Source: an uncultured Chloroflexia bacterium
GTDB taxonomy: Bacteria; Chloroflexota; Limnocylindria; Limnocylindrales; CSP1-4
Assembly (NCBI GenBank): GCA_963850035.1
Contig: CAWKJP010000005.1
Coordinates: forward strand, 195,644-259,643
Length of the DNA: 64,000 nucleotides
Direction: 5' to 3'
Under the pieces are notes generated by a model that did not search any database, was not told the DNA's origin, and saw only the letters and a list, made by a program, of their open reading frames with translations. Position numbers and translations under genes: made by a program. Positions within the stretch are counted from its first letter, which is position 1. Each line of letters opens with the position of its first letter. Below are positions 30,252-38,324 of this stretch, piece after piece.

Positions 30252-30570
30252 CCAGGAGCTCGCCGGGATCATCGTGCATGGCTTCCTGGAGGACTTGCCG
30301 CGATTGATCGAGGCGCTCAGGAACTCCCTCGCCGTCGGTGACGCGCCGGGCGCGATCCGCGGGGCCCACACCATCCGCGGCGCGTCGGCCACCGTCGGCG
30401 GGGAGGCGCTGCGCGCGGTGGCGTGGGAGATGGAGAAGGCGGCCACCGCAGGCGAATTCGGCGCCGTGAGCGCCCGTCTCCCGGAGCTCGAGCTCGAGCT
30501 CGGCCGACTCCGCGAGGCGATGGGCGCCTTCATCGACGCACTCCCGCGTGTCGCGGAAGCCCCGGCATGA
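30226..30570 (+). CDS. Hpt (histidine phosphotransfer) domain, either a standalone ~114-aa protein or the frameshifted C-terminus of the hybrid kinase
   Basis: It carries the Hpt signature (GAHTIRGASATVGGEALRAVAWEME). An ATG at 30226 overlaps the kinase stop at 30249-30251. Conserved Hpt-like residues (PVFDAAGMM) extend upstream in this frame, which suggests an original fusion. Confidence 0.5.
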   Translation, partial: GMMDRLMGDQELAGIIVHGFLEDLPRLIEALRNSLAVGDAPGAIRGAHTIRGASATVGGEALRAVAWEMEKAATAGEFGAVSARLPELELELGRLREAMGAFIDALPRVAEAPA

Positions 30571-30574
30571 CCCC

Positions 30575-31498
30575 ATGAGGATCCTCATCGCGGACGACGA
30601 CCTCACCTCGCGCCTGGTCCTCGCGGGCGTGCTGAAGAAGTGGGGCCACGAGGTGGTGGCCACGGTGGACGGCGGGCAGGCATGGGAGGCGATGCAGCGC
30701 CCGGACGCGCCCGCGGTCGCGATCCTCGACTGGATGATGCCCGAGCTCTCCGGGGTGGAGGTGTGCGGCCGGGTCCGGGGCCTTCACTCCGACCAGCCGC
30801 CCTACCTCATCCTCCTGACCGCGAAGGGTGAGAAGTCCGACATCGTCGCGGGACTGGAGGCGGGCGCGGACGACTACCTGTCCAAGCCGTTCGACCCGGG
30901 AGAGCTGCGTGCGCGCGTCGACGTGGGCCGGCGAATCATCGAGCTGCAGGCGCGCCTGCTTGAGACGCGCAACGCGCTCGAGCACGAAGCGACGCACGAT
31001 CCGCTCACCGGCGCGATCAACCGGCGCGCGTTCTCGGATGTCCTGGCTCGCGCCCTCTCGGAGGAACGGCGGCATCACGACGGGCTGGCCCTCGGGATCT
31101 GCGACGTCGACAGCTTCAAGACGATCAACGACACGCACGGGCACCAGGTCGGGGACGAAGTGCTCGTCGAGCTCGTCCGTCGGATCACGGGCAAGCTGCG
31201 CGGACACGACGTCCTGAGCCGCCACGGCGGCGACGAGTTCGTGGTGCTCGTGGGGCATGTCGGGGAGACGGACGTGGTCACGCTCTTCGAGCGCATGCGG
31301 GCCGCGGTCGAGGAACATCCGATCCCCACGAAGGTCGGGGACGTGTCCGTCACGCTGAGCTTCGGCGTCAGCAGATGGACGGAAGGCCAGACCGAGGACG
31401 CGCTCGTCGCTGCCGCCGACGTTGCCCTGTACCGGGCCAAGAGCGCGGGACGCAATCGCGTTGCCCTTGCTGGCGACCCGGCGGCGTCCGCCACGTAG
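30575..31498 (+). CDS. response regulator REC-GGDEF (PleD-like diguanylate cyclase)
   Basis: It starts 4 nt after the Hpt stop. It has a REC domain (MRILIADDDLTSRLVL...ILDWMMPELSG) and a GGDEF domain with an intact active site (RHGGDEFVVLV). Confidence 0.85.
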   Translation: MRILIADDDLTSRLVLAGVLKKWGHEVVATVDGGQAWEAMQRPDAPAVAILDWMMPELSGVEVCGRVRGLHSDQPPYLILLTAKGEKSDIVAGLEAGADDYLSKPFDPGELRARVDVGRRIIELQARLLETRNALEHEATHDPLTGAINRRAFSDVLARALSEERRHHDGLALGICDVDSFKTINDTHGHQVGDEVLVELVRRITGKLRGHDVLSRHGGDEFVVLVGHVGETDVVTLFERMRAAVEEHPIPTKVGDVSVTLSFGVSRWTEGQTEDALVAAADVALYRAKSAGRNRVALAGDPAASAT

Positions 31499-31594
31499 GA
31501 GCTGCGGACCCGAGCGCGGGTCGCCGGGCTCATCTCGGCGCCGCCGCTCGATCCCGGCCACCCGCGACCCGCGTCGAGCGGTGGCAGCACGCTC

Positions 31595-31614
31595 GTGACG
31601 ATCCGTCATGACAC
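31595..31614. promoter_or_regulatory. conserved palindromic motif, site 3 (GTGACG-atc-CGTCATGACAC)
   Basis: Read directly. ATGACA is followed 16 nt later by TAGGTT (31630-31635), a plausible -35/-10 pair. Confidence 0.35.
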
Positions 31615-34600
31615 GCGCGCTCGGTCTGTTAGGTTCAACCATGGATTGGCCTGCCCGTCCTGCTATCGCCGCCCGCCCGGGTGGCCATCGCGAGTGGCTC
31701 CTCCAGGGTGTCGCATGCGTGAGAATCGGGGCAAGGCGGGCAGAGCTGCCGCCTCCCCATCCGTCGGCCTCCGACGAGACGGCGCCCGCGACAGCTCCCC
31801 TGGCCGGGCGGGAGCGCCTGCGCCTGGCGCCCGTTCGACGGGAGCACCGCCCAGGGCGCGCCGGTCGCGCGAGCGGGCGGAGGCCGAGCTTCGCGAGAGC
31901 GACATCCGATATCGATCGGTGCTCGCCGCGCTCGAGGAAGGGGTCGTGCTCCACGGCCCGGACGGCGCAATCACCGAGCACAACGCGGCCGCCGGAACCA
32001 TTCTCGGCCTCGCGAGCGACGAGCTGATCGGCCGAATGCCGGCGGATTCGCGGTGGCAGGCGATCCACGAGGATGGATCGCCGTTTGCAGGCGACACGCA
32101 CCCGGCGGTGCGCACCCTGGCCACCGGCGAGCCATGCTCCGGCGTCGTCATGGGGATCCGGAAGCCTGACGGCTCGCTCACCTGGATCCAGGTCAACTCG
32201 CGGCCCATCCTCCAGGAAGGCGAGACGCACCCATCCGCCGTGGTCGTCTCGTTCTTCGACATCACCGAGCGCGAGGAGCGCTCCCGCCAGCGGGATCACC
32301 TCCAATCTGCGATCGAGGAGTCGTTCGATGGGATGGTCATCATCGGCCGCGATCTGCGGATCGTCTATGCCAACGCGACGGCCGCGCAGGGCGTGGGACA
32401 CGTCGCTGCCGACCTCGTGGGACGACCCATCACGGAGGTCGCGGGAGCCGTCCTGGATCCAGCCCAGGTCGCCGAAATGATGGAAACGGTCCTGGACGAG
32501 AGGCAATGGACCGGGGAGGTCGATCGTCAAGGACCGGAAGGGACGCCGCGTCGCGTCGAGGTCAGGATCACCCCGACCCGCGACGAACGCGGCACGATCT
32601 CGTCGTGGATCGGGGTGATCCGCGATGTCACGGCGGAGCATCGGGGCCGGGCGGCGCTCGAGTCGTCAGAGCATCGCCTTCGGATCGCGCTCGACACGAT
32701 GCTCGACGGCGTCGCGATCCAGTCGGCCGTGCGCGACGACACGGGACGGATCGTCGATTTTCGGGTCGACTATGTGAACGCAGCGATCGGCGTGGTCAGC
32801 CGAATGGCGGGCATTCCCCGGGTCGGACATAGCCTGCTCGAGCTGCTCCCCGCTCATCGGACCAATGGACTCTTCCAGAGCTACGTCGCCATGGTGGAGA
32901 CCGGTGTCCCATTCTTCGCAGACGGCTTCCACTACGTGGATCCCGACGCGGCGGGCGGACCCCTCGATCAGATCGTCGACCTGCGCGCTGCCAGGATGGG
33001 CGAGGGCTACGTGCTGTCGGTGCGCGATATCAGCGGGCGGCACCGGGCCGAGCGCGAGATGCGGCGCCTGTCGAGGGCAATCGAGCAGTCGGCAGAGTCG
33101 GTCATGATCACGGACGCGACCGGTGCGATCGAGTACGTGAACCCCGCGTTCGAGCAGGTCAGCGGATACACGCGCGACGAGGTCCTCGGCCGGAACCCGC
33201 GGCTCCTCAAGAGCGGCGTCCAGGATTCCGCCTTCTACGCCGCGATGTGGGACGCCCTCACGAGCGGGCAGACATTCGTGGCAGACATGACGAACCGGCG
33301 CAAGAACGGGGAGATCTACCAGGAGGAGAGCGTCGTCTCGCCGATCCTCGACGAGACCGGGACGATCACGAGCTACGTGGCGGTGAAGCGTGACGTCACC
33401 CGCGAACGCGCCTCGGAGGACGTCCGCGAGAGCCTCGCCCGGGAGCGTGCCCTCATTGCGACGGCCCTCTCCGGGCTGCACGTCCTGCCGACCCCGGCCG
33501 CGACGGCCGCGGCGATCTGCCGGCAGATCGTGGGCCTGGCCGGCGTCGCGAGCGCTTCCCTCGCCTACTTCACCCTCGAGGGTCCGGCTCTCGCGCTTGC
33601 CTTCGTGCGGGCCGACGGCGTGCCCGTGCGACTGCGGCGGCTGCCATTCCAGCGCAGCAGGGTCCTGCGCGAACGGGCCGAGGAGGGTCCGTGGGTGGAG
33701 ACCTGGGTCCACCGGCCCTGGCACCCGTACGACCGGCTCCACACCGACCTGGGCACCGCGGCCCTCGCCTACGCGCCGGTCCGCAGCGGCGGCACGCTCA
33801 TCGGCCTCCTGACAGTCACCTCGGATAGTGACGACGCGATCGAGCGGCTCACCGAGACCCTGCCGGGCCTGCTCGAGTTCGCTGGCTTCGCGGGCGCGCT
33901 CGTCGGCCGGGCGGTGGCCGACCTGACCGAGCTTGGCGCCACCCGCGAACGGATCGCGCAGATCATCAAGAGCGCGGCCTTCCGGCCGGTCTTCCAGCCG
34001 GTTGTCGAGCTCGCGACCGGCGCCAGGGTCGGCTACGAGGCCCTCACCCGCTTTGCCGACGGGACGGCCCCCGACCTCGTCTTCGCCGACGCGCGTGCCG
34101 CCGGGCTCGAGGCGGAGCTCGAGCTCGCCACCCTTGCGGGCGCGATCGCAGCGGCCACGGGGCTGCCGGGCGGTGCCTGGCTCAGCCTCAACGCGTCGCC
34201 CAACCTCGTGGGCGCGAGCTCGCGCCTCGCGGGATTGGTGCGCAGGGCAGACCGGCCGATCGTGCTCGAGGTGACCGAGCATGTGGCTGTCGCGGACTAC
34301 GCGGCCCTGCGCGCCGCGCTCGGCAGACTCCGCCCCAAGGTACGGGTCGCCATCGACGACGCGGGCTCGGGGATCGCCAACTTCAGCCACATCGTCGAGC
34401 TGCGGCCGGCCTTCGTGAAGCTCGACATCGGGCTCGTCCGCGGGATCGACACGGACCTGACCCGACAGGCCCTCATGGTGGGCCTGCTCCATTTCGCGAG
34501 CGAGTCATCCAGCCTGACGATCGCCGAGGGCGTCGAGACCCCGGAGGAGCTCGCGATGCTGCAGGCGCTCCACGTGCCGCTCGCCCAGGGCTACCTGCTG

Positions 34601-34804
34601 GGCCGCCCCGCGCCCGTCGCCGAGTGGGCGGAGACGCGGGGCATCACCGGGCCGGGACACGTGCCGCGGAACGGCAGGGGCGCGAGGCGCGCGACGGGCG
34701 CGCCTGCGCGGGTCGCCGCAACAACCGGACGCCAGGAGATCGCGAGCCCACGAGCCGGTGATACCACCGATCGCGGGGGCGACGATCCGAACGCCGCGGG
34801 TTGA
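31595..34804 (+). CDS. multi-PAS - GAF-like - EAL c-di-GMP phosphodiesterase
   Basis: At least four PAS domains are followed by an EAL domain (YEALTRF, EVTEH, DDAGSGIANFSH, KLD, EGVETP, QGY). The true start is uncertain. The first ~100 codons are Arg/Pro-rich low-complexity sequence that overlaps the motif, and the first PAS domain begins near 31900. Confidence 0.8.
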   Translation: MTIRHDTRARSVRFNHGLACPSCYRRPPGWPSRVAPPGCRMRENRGKAGRAAASPSVGLRRDGARDSSPGRAGAPAPGARSTGAPPRARRSRERAEAELRESDIRYRSVLAALEEGVVLHGPDGAITEHNAAAGTILGLASDELIGRMPADSRWQAIHEDGSPFAGDTHPAVRTLATGEPCSGVVMGIRKPDGSLTWIQVNSRPILQEGETHPSAVVVSFFDITEREERSRQRDHLQSAIEESFDGMVIIGRDLRIVYANATAAQGVGHVAADLVGRPITEVAGAVLDPAQVAEMMETVLDERQWTGEVDRQGPEGTPRRVEVRITPTRDERGTISSWIGVIRDVTAEHRGRAALESSEHRLRIALDTMLDGVAIQSAVRDDTGRIVDFRVDYVNAAIGVVSRMAGIPRVGHSLLELLPAHRTNGLFQSYVAMVETGVPFFADGFHYVDPDAAGGPLDQIVDLRAARMGEGYVLSVRDISGRHRAEREMRRLSRAIEQSAESVMITDATGAIEYVNPAFEQVSGYTRDEVLGRNPRLLKSGVQDSAFYAAMWDALTSGQTFVADMTNRRKNGEIYQEESVVSPILDETGTITSYVAVKRDVTRERASEDVRESLARERALIATALSGLHVLPTPAATAAAICRQIVGLAGVASASLAYFTLEGPALALAFVRADGVPVRLRRLPFQRSRVLRERAEEGPWVETWVHRPWHPYDRLHTDLGTAALAYAPVRSGGTLIGLLTVTSDSDDAIERLTETLPGLLEFAGFAGALVGRAVADLTELGATRERIAQIIKSAAFRPVFQPVVELATGARVGYEALTRFADGTAPDLVFADARAAGLEAELELATLAGAIAAATGLPGGAWLSLNASPNLVGASSRLAGLVRRADRPIVLEVTEHVAVADYAALRAALGRLRPKVRVAIDDAGSGIANFSHIVELRPAFVKLDIGLVRGIDTDLTRQALMVGLLHFASESSSLTIAEGVETPEELAMLQALHVPLAQGYLLGRPAPVAEWAETRGITGPGHVPRNGRGARRATGAPARVAATTGRQEIASPRAGDTTDRGGDDPNAAG

Positions 34805-35037
34805 CGCCGGAGTCACCCGGATCTGCGCAGGCCGGGGCGCCGCCGCGGGCCGCCGCTCGCGGGGCGCCGCCGGGATCTCCGAGCCGCGGCGCCCGGTGCG
34901 ACGTACGATCCACGAGATGACGAGAGACGAGAAGTGGCGCGAGCCCCACGGCAGGACTCGACGGCTCCGCGGGTGCCCAGGATGACGATCACGCCGGCCA
35001 ATTCGGTCGGGGCGCCAGGCGCGGCCCAGGCCTGCGC

Positions 35038-36805
35038 ATGACCCTGCGCGCTCGGGGCTCCTCGATCGCCACCGTCGCCTGGGTCGACGACGCGATCGAG
35101 ATCATCGACCAGACGAAGCTCCCGGCCACGTGCGAGATCCTGCGCCTCGAGACGGTCGACGCCGCGATCGACGCGATCCGCCGGCTGGCCGTGCGCGGCG
35201 CCCCCGCGATCGGCGTCTGCGGTGCGCTCGCAGTCGTGCTCGGCCTCGACGAGGCGCGTGCCACATCCCGTGCCAGGGGCGATCGCGGCCCTGGACAAGC
35301 ACGTCGTGCGCGTCGGCTCCGCCCGGCCCACCGCCGTCAACCTCTCCTGGGCGGTCCGCAGGGTGCGCGACGCGGCGGCTTCCGGGTCCACGCCAGCCGA
35401 GATCCGCGAGCGCGCGCTCGGCGAGGCGCTGCAGATCCTGGATGAGGACCGCGAGGCATGTCGCCGGATCGGCGAGTTCGGGCGCGTCGAGCTCGCCACG
35501 GCCATGCGGATCCTCACCCACTGCAATGCCGGCCGCCTGGCCACGCTGGGCTGGGGAACGGCACTCGGGGTCGTCTACGCGAAGGCTGCCGCGGGCGAGC
35601 GGGTGCAGGTCTTCGCGTGCGAGGCACGGCCGCTCCTGCAGGGAGCCCGCCTGACCGCCTGGGAGCTGATGGACGCGGGGATCGACGTCACGCTCATCGT
35701 CGACAGCGCCGCCGCGGCGCTCCTCCACAGCGGCCGTGTCGACGCCGTGGTCGTTGGGGCGGACCGGATCGCCGCCAATGGCGACACGGCGAACAAGGTC
35801 GGCACGTTCGGGCTCGCGCTCGCGGCGCGCCACGCGGGCGTCCCCTTCTACGTCGCCGCGCCCCGCTCCACGTTCGACCTGGCGACGCCGTCGGGCGATG
35901 CGATCGTGATCGAGGAGCGGCCAGCCGACGAGGTGCGCGGCTGGCAGGGGAGGGCTTCCGCGCCGCTGGACGTTCCCGCGTGGAATCCCGCCTTCGACGT
36001 CACGCCGCACGCGCTCGTGACGGCCTACCTCACCGACGCCGGCGTCCTCCACCCGCCGTTCGCCGAGCTCTCCGACGCGAGGCGCCCGGTGGCGGGGCGC
36101 CCGATGCAGCGTGCCATGACCGTGCCGTCCACCTGGACCGACGCACGGGAGCGGGTCCTCGTCTTCGCGCGGCGACTGCTGGCCGAACGCCTCGTCTACT
36201 TCACCGCGGGCAACATCAGCATGCGCATCGCGGACGACCCGGACCTGGTGGCGATGACGCCGGCGAGCACGCCGTACGACACGATGCGGTCCACCGACGT
36301 GGTGATCGTGCGCCTCGACGGGAGCGTCGTGGACGGGGCCCTGAAGCCGACGTCCGAGCTGCCGCTGCACACCATCACGTACGCGCGCCGCCCGGATGTC
36401 GCCGGGATCGTCCACACCCACAGCGCCGCCGCGATGGCGGCAGCGGCCATGGGCCTCACGATCCCCCCGATCCTTCACGGCCTGGTGGCGGCATGCGGGG
36501 GCGGCATCGTGACGGCGCCGTACGCCGGCGGCGGGACCGCGGAGATGGCGGAGCGCACGGCGGACGCCCTCCGAGACCGGAGCGCGTGCCTCCTCCGCAA
36601 CCACGGCGCGCTCGCGATCGGGCCGACGGTCGACCACGCCTACAACGCCGCCTCGGTGGTCGAGGGCGTCGCCGACGCGTATCTCCGGGCGCTCGCCTTC
36701 GGACCGGTGCCGGAGATCGAGCCCCACGAGGTGGCCCGGATCCGGCGCGAGCAGTGGGCACCCGCGTGGAGCGCGGGACCCGCCGTCCCCACCCACGGCG
36801 GATAG
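35038..36805 (+). pseudogene. mtnA: fused methylthioribose-1-phosphate isomerase (MtnA) / class-II-aldolase-type methylthioribulose-1-phosphate dehydratase (MtnB); apparent frameshift near 35266-35282
   Basis: The N-terminal frame (MTLRARGSSIATVAWVDDAIEIIDQTKLP...AVRGAPAIGVCGALAVVLGLDEA) matches MtnA and ends in junk. The second frame continues MtnA (...PGAIAALDKHVVRVGSARPTAVNLSWA...GADRIAANGDTANKVGT...) and then, without a stop, a class II aldolase/adducin domain (...YFTAGNISMRIADDP...IVHTHSAAAMAAA...LLRNHGALAIGPT...). Confidence 0.7.
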
Positions 36806-36885
36806 GCTCCCCTCCTTCGCCGCGGAGAGTACGCCCGTGCCCGTGCTCGCCCGGGCGCCGTGCGGGAATCCCCGCGCGGGCCAGC

Positions 36886-36905
36886 ATGACGCGGCGTCAT
36901 GACAC
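36886..36905. promoter_or_regulatory. conserved palindromic motif, site 4 (ATGACG-cgg-CGTCATGACAC)
   Basis: Read directly. It lies 115 nt upstream of the small CxxC ORF at 37021. Confidence 0.35.
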
Positions 36906-37020
36906 GGGTGATTGGAGACCGCACACTCCGGCGATCCCGCTCGGGCGAGCGGGAGTTGCCGTGCCCAAGTCCTGGCGGCCCGCCAGCGCGGCCACCCGAA
37001 CCGTCTCGAGGCTCCCCGCG

Positions 37021-37203
37021 ATGTTGACCGACCATCCCCTGGCCCAGTCCGCCTCCAGCGTTCCCGTCCGTTGCTCTGACTGCCTGCTGCCGTTCGACGC
37101 CCGCGACGCCCATCGCCAGATGCGCACACTCGATGGCCCCCTCGCCCTCTGCAGCGACTGCACCTGGCGCCTCGAGCACCCGGGAGACGCCCGGCGCGCC
37201 TGA
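37021..37203 (+). CDS. small putative zinc-ribbon protein (CxxC-x28-CxxC), 60 aa
   Basis: MLTDHPLAQSASSVPVRCSDCLLPFDARDAHRQMRTLDGPLALCSDCTWRLEHPGDARRA. It is in-frame within the shadow ORF 35458..37203. I see no clear ribosome-binding site. Confidence 0.3.
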   Translation: MLTDHPLAQSASSVPVRCSDCLLPFDARDAHRQMRTLDGPLALCSDCTWRLEHPGDARRA

Positions 37204-37334
37204 CCCCCGGCCCCCTGGCGGCACGTCGTGGGCGCGCCGTCCCCGATGAGCACGCCTCGGGACTTCGGTCCCGTGCGCGCGCGACGTCCGGCCCTGACGC
37301 AGCGAGCCGCCGGCACGGACGATCGGAGGCGGAG

Positions 37335-38204
37335 GTGTCATCCATGCTTCGCGCGCTCGCTCGCCTGGCCCTGGGGGCTGCGGCCGTGGCAGGCGGCCTC
37401 GCCGGGCTGCTCGTCGCGACCGGCCGGCGCTTCAGCCGGACCGTCGCCGCCGATCGCCACGGCCTCCTGGACCGGCCCCGCCCGCCGCATCCGCCGGTCG
37501 TCACCGAGGAGATGCTCGCCGGCCTCCCCGGCCCGGCGCAGCGCTACCTGCGCTACGCCGGCGTCATCGGGCGGCCGCTCGTCGACACGGTCCGCGTGCG
37601 ACAGGCAGGCCGCATGCGACCGGCGCCGAACGGGCTCTCGCTGCCGATCGTCGCCGAGCAGTGGTACTCGGTGGAGCCGCCCGGGTTCATCTGGGACGCC
37701 ACGGTGCCCGTCGCCGGCATCCCGCTGGTCCGGGGTCGCGACGGCTACGTCGACGGCCGCGGCATGATGACGATCAAGGGTGGGTCGCTGATTTCGATCG
37801 TGGACGCGAGCGGGCCCGAGATGAACCAGGCGTCCCTCCTGCGCCACCTGAGCGAGATGCCGTGGTTCCCCAGCGCGTTCCTCCGTGACCGGATCTCGTG
37901 GGAGGCGATCGACGACACGTCGGTCCGGGTCTCCATCGCGGACGGCGACCTGCGGGCCACCGGCATCCTGGAGATCGATCCGGACGGCCGCCTCGTGGAA
38001 TTCCGGTCCGAGCGCCACGCCATGGTGGGCCGGGGCTTCGAGCTCCGCCCCTGGTCGGCGCCCACCTACGCATACGGCGAGTTCGAGGGCCTCCGGCTGC
38101 CCGTGCGCGGCGCCGCGGTCTGGACGCTGCCCGACGGCACGAAGCTGCCGTACATCGAGATCGAGCTCCTCGACGTGACATCGGATCCGCCGCTCCCGGG
38201 CTGA
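37335..38204 (+). CDS. hypothetical protein with an N-terminal hydrophobic anchor
   Basis: 289 aa with a non-repetitive, protein-like composition (MSSMLRALARLALGAAAVAGGLAGLLVA...). I recognise no family. Confidence 0.5.
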   Translation: MSSMLRALARLALGAAAVAGGLAGLLVATGRRFSRTVAADRHGLLDRPRPPHPPVVTEEMLAGLPGPAQRYLRYAGVIGRPLVDTVRVRQAGRMRPAPNGLSLPIVAEQWYSVEPPGFIWDATVPVAGIPLVRGRDGYVDGRGMMTIKGGSLISIVDASGPEMNQASLLRHLSEMPWFPSAFLRDRISWEAIDDTSVRVSIADGDLRATGILEIDPDGRLVEFRSERHAMVGRGFELRPWSAPTYAYGEFEGLRLPVRGAAVWTLPDGTKLPYIEIELLDVTSDPPLPG

Positions 38205-38324
38205 TCCGAGTAGCAGCCGGCCCCGGGCCGCGGACGGCGCCGGCGGCCCGGCCCGCGGCATCGAAACGCGCGTCACATGGCCCGCCCAGATCCATGATGC
38301 GAGGCGTCTCGTATCGTTCGTGCG

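Noticed and set aside
35102-37504. 800-aa minus-strand ORF, and the plus-strand ORFs 35458..37203 and 38616..40973 (-)
   Set aside because: These are shadow ORFs over the mtnAB and TolB-like genes. Only the 3'-terminal 60 codons of 35458..37203 were retained, as the candidate zinc-ribbon peptide.
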